A program made the translations under genes and the position numbers. The notes beneath the pieces were generated by a model. The model was not told the DNA's origin. It did no database searches and saw only the letters and a program-made list of their open reading frames with translations. Of a stretch of 64,000 bases of DNA, positions 13,558 to 26,607 are shown piece by piece; position 1 is the stretch's first letter; every line of letters starts with the position of its first letter. Source of the DNA: Chrysomallon squamiferum (lineage: Eukaryota > Animalia > Mollusca); assembly GCA_012295275.1 (NCBI GenBank), contig CM022679.1, positions 14,570,001 to 14,634,000 on the forward strand, given 5' to 3'.

Positions 13558-14960
13558 GACAATTGCTTTAGAATGAGTAATATGAAAACTAAAGCTAAAA
13601 AGACCCACCTGCTGAAACCGCATTCTGGACATATTAATATTTGAGCGTCATGTTTTGAGTCGAAAAAAGTACTGAATGAACGAATGAAAATTTTGCGTCA
13701 CATCCGTGAAATATTATTATATATATAAATTATAGTTTTATGTCAGTATGTTTGTATGTATGTATGTATGTATGTATGTATGTATGTATGTATGTATGTA
13801 TGTATGTATGTATGTATGTATGTATGTATGTATGTTGTTTTTTAAATTGTTTAATTATATGAAATATAATATAAAGATATAATTTATAACATAATTATAA
13901 CCTGGCAGATTTGTTTTGTTAAGATGTTTTAGTATTATTTATTTATTTATTATTTATTTATTTATTTTAACAGGGAGAAAATCCGATACGACCGTTCCTG
14001 GGAGTTACTGCTATAGATGAATAAGCAAGCGTTTTTACACGCACGTAAACATACATACACACACACACACATACACACAGAAATAATAATAATAATCACA
14101 TGGTGTTATATAATTAAAATAAATAAATAAATAAATAAATAAAATATATTGGCTACAATAGGAATTACTTAATTAATTACATACACATATACTCAGCTCT
14201 GTCAAAAAACCCACCAAAGAAACAAACACCTTCTTTAACATAATCTCTTTCTATTTTTTTATTTTTTTTTTTTTTTCCCCTTTCAAATTTAATAAGCACT
14301 ATCAATCTATCGGGTTGGTTAATAAATTATTATTCTTCAGGAGTCGAAATCAAGCTATGCGCATGCGTCATATAAACTGTGTCGCCAATCCAGAATAGTT
14401 GTTAATATCAGATTTCAGTTGTCAGTCACTGACCTACTTTTGGTATCTTAATTTCATTATACAGTCGCATACTTGCTGGAGAATTGTTATTCTTCGAGTT
14501 ATTCATTATTTTATCAATCTGTGGTCAGATAGATCGAACCTTGCAGAACCTTACTTAGAGTTAAGCATTAGTAGTTGTTTGTTTTGTTTTTGTTTTTGTT
14601 TTTTAAACTGGTTTTCGGAACTGAAGAATTCTGATATAAATAAAAGAAACATTTTATTCATTTTGAATTAAAACGAATAAATGGAAGGATATCTGATGTT
14701 AAGTTGGGAAGGCGAGACTAGGAGAAGGGAATGGCTAGACTGTCAACCCATAGAGCAAGGACGAAAGGACTGGTATGCAACCAAAAAAATAAAATAAAAA
14801 AATAAAATAAAATAAAATAAAATAACTAACTAATTAACTAACAAACTAAATAAATAAATAAATGAATAAATACATAATACTCACCCCTTCTAAAAACAAA
14901 ACATCGTGGTTATTTCTAAATCTGTGACATTTATAAATAAAATCTCATACAATAACTTAC

Positions 14961-15100
14961 TTGCTTTCTGAACACAAACAACGCTTGTAGTCAAGCAGAA
15001 GACAACCCATCACCATGCCAACGGTGGCTCGTTCTTTTCCGAGTCGACTGATAGACAAGATGGCTGGGATCTGGGATCCCGAGTTAAAAATGTCAAGTTC
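14961..15100 (-). CDS. PALD1: Paladin coding exon 7, P-loop region (ELDIFNSGSQIPAILSISRLGKERATVGMVMGCLLLDYKRCLCSES)
   Basis: Acceptor tttcaacag|, donor AA|GTAAGT, 140 nt, phase 0 to 2. Aligns without gaps to recalled human PALVFSCQMGVGRTNLGMVLG. Confidence 0.9.
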
Positions 15101-15332
15101 CTGTTGAAATAAATCAGTATTATTATTTACATTTCATCGGTAAATACTTCCATATATGTCAAGTATGAACATATTCTATCCTGTTACAGTTTGCTTAAAT
15201 TCCTAAGCACAACGCTTCTTTGCCGTTTTAAATATTCGTATCTCTCAAATGTTCGGAGGGAGTTTTCCCGTAAAGCTATATTTAAATATATACTGCGTCC
15301 AGTCTTAACTGAAAATGTTGTGTGTGTGTGTG

Positions 15333-15375
<43 letters not shown>

Positions 15376-15845
15376 GTGTGTGTGTGTGAAAGAAGTTTAC
15401 TGTTAAAAAAACATTTGGGCACTCTATATTGCCAAATTCAACGAGAGAAAAAGGAGCTTGTTTCATAGTCCAGATTGAGAACCACTGCTCTAGCACCAGA
15501 ACTGTAGGATGTAGAAATAGATTTTATATTTGACATTGTCTTACAGCGTGCGAGATGCGTTTTGCAAGATTTCGTAACAAGAGTCTTTGAGACAAATGTG
15601 AGTCTCTGTTATAAAATCTGATCTTGTCGGCCAGTTTACGGGCTTGTGTGAAAGCGTAAAATATGTAGCTGTTCCTCTGATGCCAAATATGATGAGGACG
15701 GCCAGGTGATGTGCGTGACAGACAAATCGTCAGTCAAATATTAATTAATTTGATTTACTAAAGTGTATGGGTATGTGCGCATGCATGTGTATATATGTGT
15801 ATGCGTGGGATGGGATGTGAATTGTCTAAACTAAGACACTTTTAC

Positions 15846-15921
15846 CTTGAACTGACACAAAAAATTGTCAATAGCGGACTCGAAGAGTATCCCGTTAACA
15901 GGAAAACAAAGACGTTGATAT
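15846..15921 (-). CDS. PALD1: Paladin coding exon 6 (KYQRLCFPVNGILFESAIDNFLCQFK)
   Basis: Acceptor atatttcag|, donor AAG|GTAAAA, 76 nt, phase 2 to 0. Aligns to YHRLPLPEQGSPLEAQLDAFV. Confidence 0.88.
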
Positions 15922-16791
15922 CTGAAATATAAAATGAACCGTTTGTCAGACTACAAGGGCGTTGATGTGCTAAACACAAAAAAATATACGTATATGCATG
16001 TATGTATGAATGCATATAGAGATATATAGATACATAATACATAAACCTAGATACATCATCATAAATACATAGATACATACAGACACAGATATAACACGCA
16101 TACACACAGGATTATGCTGTACTAGAAAATTAAAGGATGATCGTTGTATCAGACAACTTTGTCGAATCGAAACGCCTCTATTTTCAGACATTGATTTTCG
16201 AGTTTAACAAACGAGTAAACACGGCGCATTTTACGTACAAACTGACCAATGTCCCCAGCTGGACGATCACTCAGAGAAATAGAGGCGACAAGATTCTCAC
16301 GTAACGGTGTCAGCTACATTTACACGTAGGCAGACACCTGCTACCGGCTCGAGATACTCGACCTCGATCAATAACGCCATTTGACTTTTTCTTAGGTGAG
16401 TCACACAGTCTAAGTCCGGTGACAGAGGATTTACTGCTCTAATTTGTCGTCGTACGTTTGTGAAAGAATTTCACAAGTCTTCTGTTTCCTGTTTCCGCAG
16501 TTCCGTTGTCCATACTAATTAGCTGATAACGTCGATTGGTGCGAACTAATGAAGAACGTTTTTGAACAAAACCAGCAAATGCCTCGAGTAGTGAAGAAAA
16601 ATATGGAAACAAAGGATACTTCGTAGAAAGCCTGAAGAACAAATAGGAAGCGTCTATCGCTTTTGATGGTTTCTTTAGGGGAAAAAAAAAAAAAAAAAAA
16701 AAAAGAAATCTTCCTCCTTGTTAGCAGAAGTTTTACTGAAAATTTATTCTAAGATTTTTTTTTTTTTTTTTTTACTGTTAGTGCATATTTT

Positions 16792-16826
<35 letters not shown>

Positions 16827-17073
16827 TTTCACCGACACTGACGCAAACAGCGAAACTATCTCTATGACCGGTGTACCCGTAAAGATGTTCCTTGTAACCG
16901 AAACTAGTCTAGCGAGCTTTAAAGAAGTATTTGGAAAACAGCTACGGTGAACATAGTGCGTGTAAGAACATTATGAAAGCAACTGATTTTTCGAATGACG
17001 ATTTGGAAAACAACTGTCAAGTGACTGCCGTTTTGAAGAACGCTTTGGGAACAGCAATCGAAGACTTGATACT

Positions 17074-17149
<76 letters not shown>

Positions 17150-17414
17150 GCACGGATGATTAAATAGACGGCTAGATAATTATTCCCAGAGTTCTAGCAG
17201 CTCGGATTACGATGGGTTGTCATGTCCGTCAAAAAAGATGTCTATGCGGAAATTCAAAACTACATATTATTTTTATTAATTATCTGTCTCTAATTTACAT
17301 CAACCACAGGAAATTTTAATTAATGAAATAGGCGAAATTCTGAACTATTTTCTGTGTATTTTTGGAAGAAAACAAGAATAAAATACAAACTATTTATGCT
17401 TGGTTATTATTCTT

Positions 17415-18062
17415 TAGCCGTAAATGTAAATACCACTTTTATCGGTGGCTTCATGTTAACTACTTTTATGAATGTCTTTTTTATGTTAACTGTAAATTAG
17501 GACTGCTTACTTACTAAATGATTTCTGTAAATGAGGACATACTGTGTGGGTGACTTCAAGTTACTTCATGGGTGGTTTCAAATTAACTGTAAATGACAAT
17601 TTACTTCATGGGTGTTTTCAGATTAACTGTAAATGACAATTTACTTCATGGGTGGTTTCAAGTTAACTGTAAATGACAATTGCTTTGTAGGTGGTTTAAT
17701 GTTAACTGTAAATGAGGACTTACTTTATGAGTGGTTTTATGTTATCGGTAAATGAGAACTTTATGAATGGTTTCATGTTAACCGCAAATGAGGTGTCACT
17801 TTATGGGTAATTTTAAGATAACTGTAAATGAGTACCTGTTTTATGGGTGGTTTCATTGTACACAGTGACCACTCACTTTATGGATGGTTTCACTATAACT
17901 GTAAATGGGGACTGCTCACGTTATGCATGGTTTCACTATAACTGTAAATGGGGACTGCTCACGTTATGCATGGTTTCACTATAACTGTAAATGGGGACTG
18001 CTCACTTTATGCATGGTTTCACTATAACTGTAAATGGGGACTGCTCACTTTATGCATGGTTT
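17415..18062. repeat. Minisatellite, 40-43 bp unit, about 15 copies, overlapping the exon 5 donor
   Basis: CTGCTCAC(T/G)TTATGCATGGTTTCACTATAACTGTAAATGGGGA recurs at 17912, 17955, 17998 and 18041 (43-bp period). More degenerate ~40-bp copies lie to the left. Confidence 0.92.
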
Positions 18063-18212
18063 GAGGAAAGCCTGTCTGCAGTACACCTCCTCGGCCACGA
18101 GCAAATCGTCTTCGTCGCTGACAGTCCTCACGTGAGGCTCATCACGCAGCTTGCTGAGGTCGTCGTAGAAATAAAACTTGTTAATGTCACCAATACTGGC
18201 CAAGTCGACCAC
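18049..18212 (-). CDS. PALD1: Paladin coding exon 5 (VVDLASIGDINKFYFYDDLSKLRDEPHVRTVSDEDDLLVAEEVYCRQAFLKPCI)
   Basis: Acceptor atttgcag|, donor AA|GTGAGC, 164 nt, phase 0 to 2. Resembles human EPHAV...EDDLHVTEEVYKRPLFLQP. Confidence 0.93.
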
Positions 18213-19061
18213 CTGCAAATTTAAATCACAAATTATTTTTTCTGTAAGGCTCAAAATATCGTAAAATGAAAGTAAGTGAAAATAATATCTACACATACTT
18301 TTTTAAAAACTTTTTTCCTCTTAAATATATTACTGATGCTTCATTTTTGGAAAGCTCCAAGTATTGTAGGTTATAAGAGTAGACAAATAAAGCGACTGAG
18401 TCAGATCTCTGCATTTTCAGAAGTATTAAAACTGACAGTTCTGGTCTCGTGTGACTTTCTAATGTACATCTTCAGACAGATTAACCGGGAAACATAAATA
18501 ACACATGTTTAATAATGCAATAATGTATAAGTATTGTAATAGATGTCTCGAACGTATTGTCAGTCTGGTCGAATCGTTTGAACTATTTCCATTTCCATTT
18601 CTATTGATTTGGTAAATTTCTAAAACATGTTTCCCGATGAAAAATGGCCAGTGTAATTCAATGAGAATAGATTATCCGATGTAACTGTATGTCAGTGTCG
18701 TTATAAATCACATTTATGTAATATATCTAATATCCTCCAGCATCTGTTGCATATATTTAATTGTTCTAATTCTTGATTCAGTATCCAAGTAAATTAAGAA
18801 GCGACTAAAGCACGATCTGAGAATGTGTAACTTGGAACTTATATATTTCGGAAGAACAATTAAATCTAACATTAATACAACTCTATATACAATCATATAC
18901 AATTTGACAAAACTATAGTTTTGATCTATTGCATAAGAAGAACGGATTTTGGCATGATCATTTTTTTTTCTGAATATAATAAAAAAAGATTTTATTTTTT
19001 ATTATTATTTTTTTTCTAACTATTTCTTTCTTTCTTTCTTTCTTCTTCTTATTATTATTAC

Positions 19062-19226
19062 CTCTTTTCTGATTCTTGCTTCCATCTCGTCGGCGTCTTT
19101 TGTCTCTCTGTTGGAGAACACCAGCTGGTGAATGTTGTCCTGGTGGCGAATCGAATAGGGTATAAAATCACAGTCCATGCTGAGAAACAAGACCGGTTCT
19201 TCTCGCATGTTGAACACAAACACTTC
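19062..19226 (-). CDS. PALD1: Paladin coding exon 4 (EVFVFNMREEPVLFLSMDCDFIPYSIRHQDNIHQLVFSNRETKDADEMEARIRKE)
   Basis: Acceptor ttttgcag|, donor GAG|GTAATA, 165 nt. Contains REEPVLFL and IRKE. Confidence 0.95.
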
Positions 19227-19423
19227 CTGCAAAAATTGGCGAATGTAATCAATACCAGGACAAACCTTCTACCACTCTATCAGTCAAATCGGCATGTACA
19301 GTATTAATATTTTTTTGATATGGATTTAGTTTTTAAGAAAAGCTAAAATTTAAACTGTATTCGAAATGACAATTCACGTCAGTTCTAAAATACATAGGTA
19401 CGTGTATGCCGTGTATGTATGCT

Positions 19424-19475
<52 letters not shown>

Positions 19476-19506
19476 TCTCTCTCATCCAGATTTTACGTTA
19501 TCTTAC

Positions 19507-19684
19507 TTTAAATCTATCGATAAAGCTATCGAAAAGAGCAGCAACTTCATTTACAGTTGGCTGTCCACAAGCGAAGGCTGGAAACTCCGCTTTCGTTCGC
19601 CAGAAGTTAGGTGCATGATGTTTTTCAGTAGTATGCAGTGTCATCATCTTTCTCTAGTATGTCTCTGACGACAAAGTATTTACC
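19507..19684 (-). CDS. PALD1: Paladin coding exon 3, contains +1 frameshift (GKYFVVRDILEK / MMTLHTTEKHHAPNFWRTKAEFPAFACGQPTVNEVAALFDSFIDRFK)
   Basis: Acceptor tttaacag|GGT, donor AAA|GTAAGA. Length is 178 nt although both neighbours require phase 0. The two halves match paladin GRYFLVRDVTEK and GAPNFR...GQP in different frames. Confidence 0.88.
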
Positions 19685-19777
19685 CTGTTAAATACAAAGA
19701 GAATACATTTTAAACGACTTAATATATTAATTGTGCTTGGGTGTCGTTAAACATTCATTCATTCATTTAGTTTAGGA

Positions 19778-20155
19778 TTTATTAATCAAGATTTAATTGT
19801 ACAGAACTGTAAACAATACACTTGAAGCAAGTTTACTATTTCCTAATAAAGATTTAATTACAGAGAACTGTAAACAGTAAACTTAAAACAAGTTTACTAT
19901 TTACTAATCATGATTTAATTGTACAGAACTGTAAACACTATACTTAAAGCAAGTTTATTATTTACTAATCATGATTTAACTATACAGAACTGTAAACAGC
20001 ATACTTAAAGCAAGTTTACTATTGACTAATCAAGGTTTAATTATAGATATATGTAAACACTATACCTAAAGCAAGTTTACTATTTACTACTCAAGATTTA
20101 ATTATATAGAACTGTAAACAGTATACCTAAAGCAAGATTACTATTTACTAATCAA
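19778..20155. repeat. Minisatellite, 61-bp unit, about 6 copies
   Basis: GAACTGTAAAA/C...AAGCAAGTTTACTATTTACTAATCAAGATTTAATT at 19804, 19865, 19926, 19987, ~20048 and 20109. Confidence 0.93.
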
Positions 20156-20823
20156 GAACGGTTCTCGTTTGTTTACAGGGATTAATATTAATCCTCACAC
20201 ATACCAATTAAATACGATATGCTGAGCTTCAAGTTCTGTATCAAGAGTTTCTATGATAATTCTTAAGCTGAGAAGTCGAATATTAACATTATACAACAGA
20301 CCATTTAAAGATGACGAGTTGAATATTAATAAGTAGACGTATACTGAATTTGAATATTAAAACAAGCTGATTTTGTTTCTTAGCTATAAGCTCTTCATAA
20401 AAAGAATTACAGTATGAATATCTAATGCAAATCACTATTATTTGATTATCGCAGCACCATTATACCAAATTTATCATTTATTACGTTCATTTCTTCAATA
20501 ATTCTAAGTAAATAAATATTATTCCCTGACGTGTCTTATGACTCCAGATACAGAAAACATAAGTAATGATATACTCATAAATAATGATAAGCGTTCACAC
20601 AGATAGTCATAAGCAGTTTCCTATGCGACTTTATGATATTATTATACCGAAGTTTCGTCCGTTATATGTTCTGGTTTTTTTGTTTGTTTTGTTTGTTTTT
20701 TAAACTTTAATGTATTTTGGGGAAAAACGTTTTTTAATGGCTTAGTAATATGATCTGTATATTATATATCTCATATGCATCATAGATACATACGTCCATA
20801 AAACATACTACATACATACATAC

Positions 20824-20854
<31 letters not shown>

Positions 20855-22500
20855 CATACATACATACATAATTATATGCACACATCCAGATAAACGTATT
20901 TGTAATCATACATATACACACACACAATCACACGGACACACAGTCACAAACACAAATAAATACATAATTATATTTACGTAGGCGCATACACACATTCTCT
21001 CTAGCAATAAACAAACATCGTTTGGAACATATCACATTCGTTTTTGTTGTTTTGGTAGTTTGACAAATGATGTTTTAGCACGCCAGACAAAATCTACATT
21101 ATCTTAAATGGAATTTATTGTTTGCGTTTCCTAGAAAACATATTGACTAGTAATAAGATATCGAGGCTATACCACCAGGAATCACGAACACCGATTTCTG
21201 AGATTAAAGGTTGCTTTGCAAAGAAACCGTTTGAAAAGCAGTCATTAAAAACATTGATGCTTTTTTTTTTCTTTTTTTTTTTTTTTTTTTTGTGTATGTG
21301 GATCCTTTTGGGAGGAAAAGAGTACAAAAGAAGAAGAAGAAGAAGAAGAAGAAAAAGAAAGAAAGAAAAAAATGTCTGCAAAATCAGATGAAAATCATCT
21401 TTGAACGAAATAGCGACATTATTTAATAGCTTTCAAGATGCTGATTAGGATAAAACATTCATCGTCATCATTATCTTCTGCAGCAGCAGCATTATCATTA
21501 ATATCGTCATAATCATTATCATCTTCATCACCATCACCATCACCATCACCATCATCATCATCATTATCATTATTATTATCATCATTTAGTAGTAGTAGTA
21601 GTAATAGCTACAGCAGCAGCAGCAATAATAGTAATAGTAGTAACAGTAGTAGTGGTAGTAGTAGTAGTAGTTGTTGCTGTTGTAGCTTGTTGTTTTAACT
21701 GGTGATGGCCACGTTAGATGTACGAAGTAACAGCCGATATAACAGTCAATGAGAAAAAACATATAAAAAATATTTCACTCATTGTTTAGAATGAGAGACG
21801 TTTTTGCAGGATATATCTGAATTAATAATGTAATATTAATAAATATAGCTTACGTAAAATTATGTTCTTTCTGTGTTCACCGAGTTTACAATTACACGTA
21901 AATTCCAACCCGAGTTTCGAGAAAATGAAATTATCGGCAGAACCTGACAACAGAAAATCATTCCACTCTGGATCCTGAACGTTTAAACTGTTATAATATT
22001 TTAAAATCATATTAAATACTCCACTTTGATTCCCTTACGGGTGAAGTCAGTCGTATTTGTAACAAATGAGATTGGAATGTTGAAATTAATACCTCTCGCG
22101 GGAAATCAAGGTAAATTCTTTGCTCTTGTGTGAGAACAACAATGTTAACACACAGATGCTAAAAATCTCGCGGCTAGCGAAGAAAGAATATTTTAAATGC
22201 TAAAAAAAACCTAATAATTCTGATCATTTTGATGAGTTTGTGTTTTAGTTACGTGCCAATGTAGTAATATGAGCAAATAAAATAAATACGATTTTACTGT
22301 CTTCCGCGTTAGTTTTAATTCACTCTGTTGTAAATAAAGAATGATAATAACTAATTTTGTATTGGGTGTTATAAAGTGTATGTATTTATTGTAAGTGTGT
22401 GTATATATTGACCTTATTATTTAGTCATTTCATCATTGCGAACTGTTAATACAATTAATCATCTCTTAATTCATACTTTCTTTTGTCCTCCATCCCTCCC

Positions 22501-22607
<107 letters not shown>

Positions 22608-23230
22608 GTGGAGCATATGATCTGTTCACATTCTCACATGTAATGTTCCAGCTCCTGCAGTTTGTACGTATGGTGATGGATGGATCTTTTTAATATATTT
22701 TTTATTCATTGTTCTGAGGATCAATATTAACAAGTGTGCATCATTTGCATAGAAAAACCATTGCATGAAGTGTGCTGACAGTTCGGACACGATAAACATT
22801 TAACACGAACCCTAGAGTAACATCATTTAAACAAAACTGAATTAAAAGAAAATGTTGGATTCAGCTTCTTACCAACTGAGTATCGTACAAGCGCTACTGG
22901 AAGAATTTAAATGTGATAATTTTTTTTTTTTTTCCTTTCCTACAAAAACCAGGGATTTAATGTATCTTTTTCTTTAGTTCTTTTTTTTTTCTTTTTTTTT
23001 TTTTTTTTTTTTTTTTTTGTCAGATTATTCACTGTCCAAAGAAAAAAAAAAAAAAAAATGAAGAAATAAAAAGTAAAAAAAATATGAATGAAAGAGTCGG
23101 AAATTGGTTAATAGGAAAGCTATTTTCTTTCTTTCTTTTACGTTTTTTTTTTTTAATAGAATAAGAAAATCGAAAGAATTCTGTAATAGAATAAAATAAA
23201 ATAAAAAAAATAAAAAGAAATATAATAATG

Positions 23231-23294
<64 letters not shown>

Positions 23295-23799
23295 CAATCA
23301 CAATAACAATAATAAATAAATAAATAAAAATCAAACAAATAATACATACAACAAAGAAAGAAGATGCTCAGATATACCACATGTATTTTATTACAAGATA
23401 TTCTGGGAACAAGGAAAGAAAACACAGAAAAACAAACATACAGACAGATCTGAGGCAAACAATCGATGATAACGAAATTCTGTATGAACGAACGAACAAA
23501 CGAATTCATTTTGTTGTTATATTTAGCAACATATTCAATACGATTTTCAATCTATGTTTGCATGGCTTCATATATGCACACTCCCATATACAGAAAAGCA
23601 ACGAAACCAGCCGTGAGGCACTGGCTGGATTGGGAAATTGCTAAACAGGAGTACAGAGTTAGAATGATTTTGCATCATCGTATCTTAAGCCAGCAGAGAC
23701 TGTAATTCATTTATTTACTTCTGCAGATTTCTTTCAGTATGCTGTAGTTAAACGCTCGAAAGAAAAACGATAACGACACAGACACACAGACGGACTGAC

Positions 23800-23951
23800 C
23801 TTGATGAGAGGATGTTCCATTAAATGATCGGCGATGCATCCCATAACAATGGGCTCCTTGAATTCCACCAGCGTCTGGTACTCCTCCCGGCAGTCCTTGA
23901 TGATGATAGGAGCCACCTGATTGGTGCGCACCATACATCTTTTGTCCAAAT
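23800..23951 (-). CDS. PALD1: Paladin coding exon 2 (DLDKRCMVRTNQVAPIIIKDCREEYQTLVEFKEPIVMGCIADHLMEHPLIK)
   Basis: Acceptor atttttcag|, donor AAG|GTCAGT, 152 nt, phase 1 to 0. Resembles human NKVAPVVITYNCKEEFQ...EHYLVQ. Confidence 0.92.
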
Positions 23952-25088
23952 CTGAAAAATAAATGTAATAAAATAAATTAAAAATTAAAAAATAAGTAAG
24001 TAAGTATGATGTAAATAAATAAATAAGAAAGTACAAGAAAAGAAAATAATAAAAAAAGAAGAAGAAGATTTATTTATCTATACCTCCATCTATATCTGTT
24101 TATCTAATCTATTTCTCTCTCTTTTAAACACATCTACACATACACATGTAACAAAACTATTAGCTGGAAATAAGCATGTAATTATACAAATATGTTTTGT
24201 TCACTAGCTTCTTTAAAATAAAATGTTATATTCTCACCATAATAGTTATGCTGTTGTACTTTGTTATTAGCAAAGACTGTATGTGGCAAAAAACTAGTTA
24301 CTTTTATAAATTTTGTATAAAATATTTATTTTACGTAATGTACTGACATCAGCATGGATCCCAGTAAACAGGTTTATATTTAAAATAACGTTTTTAACCC
24401 TGTTACGTTTAAAAAGTTACAGGACGGTGATAACAACAGAACGAATGCAGAGACTCAATGGTGTTTATTTTAGTATTGTACTACGTCCCAAAGAGAACAA
24501 ATTATCTTTTAAAATCAATTTTTGCATGTTTTTTCAGATAATACAGAAAGTATTTCCCATTTGCTAGAATAATATTTCAGGTTTATAATATGATTATTTT
24601 TTCAGCGTTAGCGTTTTTTTTATTCTGTAAATTAATATTTAATGCAGCAATTTGTTTTTGTATTTCTGCTTTGTTTGGATTAGTGGTTTGTATTATTAAC
24701 TAGATTATAAATTCAGAAACCATCTTTTTTCTTTTTTTCTTTTTGCCGTGCTTTACATTTTCTTTCTTTTTTTTTTTTTTTTTTTTTTTGAATAATTTTC
24801 CTTTATTCATTTATTACTATTTTTTTTACTGCATTTATTACAAAAAAATAAAATAAGATGACAAATGAATTGTTTTGGGGTTTTTTAATTTCTTTTTTGG
24901 GGGTATTTATTTATTTATTTATTATCATTTTCATCATTATTATCATTATTATTATCCTCTTTCTTGTTATTATTACCTTTCACGCTTTTTTTTCACATAT
25001 AAACTGAAATGTTTTGTTCACTAGCTTCTTTAAAATAAAATAAAATAAAATAAACCCCCAAAAACTAGCATATTCAACTCAACATTTC

Positions 25089-25631
<543 letters not shown>

Positions 25632-26425
25632 AAGGGGGTGGAATTATATGTAAAATGTTCAGTTTTTCTTAAGAACAGACATCAGTAATAATAACATTCC
25701 AAAGCTATATCTTCTTATTATAATTATTTCGGCGCAAGACCTCTGAATGTAACTTGGTTTTTCACTAAAAGTCATTAATTAATTTATATGACGTTAAAAC
25801 AGGTGCTCCCGATATTTTATTTATTTATTTGTTGTTTTTTTTCTTCATAAAATCACCATGTTATGATTGCCTTATTGAAATCACTCCTTCTGCTTGCATA
25901 AAAATAAAAATCCAAATATGCATCTTATTATTATGTTGTTGTTATTATATTTACTTATTTATTGATTTACTAATGCTACTGCTAACTTTAATACTGTTAC
26001 TACTACAATTACTAATATAAGAAATCTGTCCATGACTAAAACAAAATAATAATATAATAATAACAGCAATAATAAAAATAACAAAACAATAACAACAAAA
26101 AATAAATATGATAATGACGATGATTATGATAAACAGAAAAATGTTTCTTAAAAAAAAGAAAGAATTAAAACAAAAGAGTGTTTGATTCTGAAATCGCCAG
26201 TAACAGCAGTTATTTGTTGCTGATAGACACGTTTTGTTAGTGGTATTAGTGTCACAATTACATCATGTAGAATTTCGCTTTCAAAAACATCTGTCGCGAC
26301 ATTAGTCTTGTCGCGTGAACTCTGCTTTTCACGACATGTCTGGGTCACGCCATTTCACCCAGTGTAATTCCCCGACGTGCAGGTCTTTATTTAGAAACAA
26401 CTGCCAAAGGCTATAAACTGACAGT

Positions 26426-26459
<34 letters not shown>

Positions 26460-26495
26460 TAATAATAATGAAAAGTGGAATTTTACGTCACTCAC

Positions 26496-26607
26496 CATTT
26501 CTATTTTGACATACTAAAGTTCCGCTTAAGAAGCGAAATAATTTAAAAAGACTAATTTTCTTGGAATGATAACATGCACGAAAGCAGACTTCAGAAGAGC
26601 TATGCAT
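26496..26607 (-). CDS. Candidate alternative first coding exon (MHSSSEVCFRACYHSKKISLFKLFRFLSGTLVCQNRN)
   Basis: 37 open codons + 1 nt from an ATG with an in-frame TAA upstream, ending at ATG|GTGAGT. Phase 1 fits exon 2. Lies in a CpG-richer non-repetitive stretch. No homology recognised. Confidence 0.35.

Noticed and set aside
19625-19627. In-frame TGA in exon 3 as selenocysteine or readthrough
   Set aside because: Downstream homology and the donor phase lie in a different frame, so readthrough would not restore the protein.
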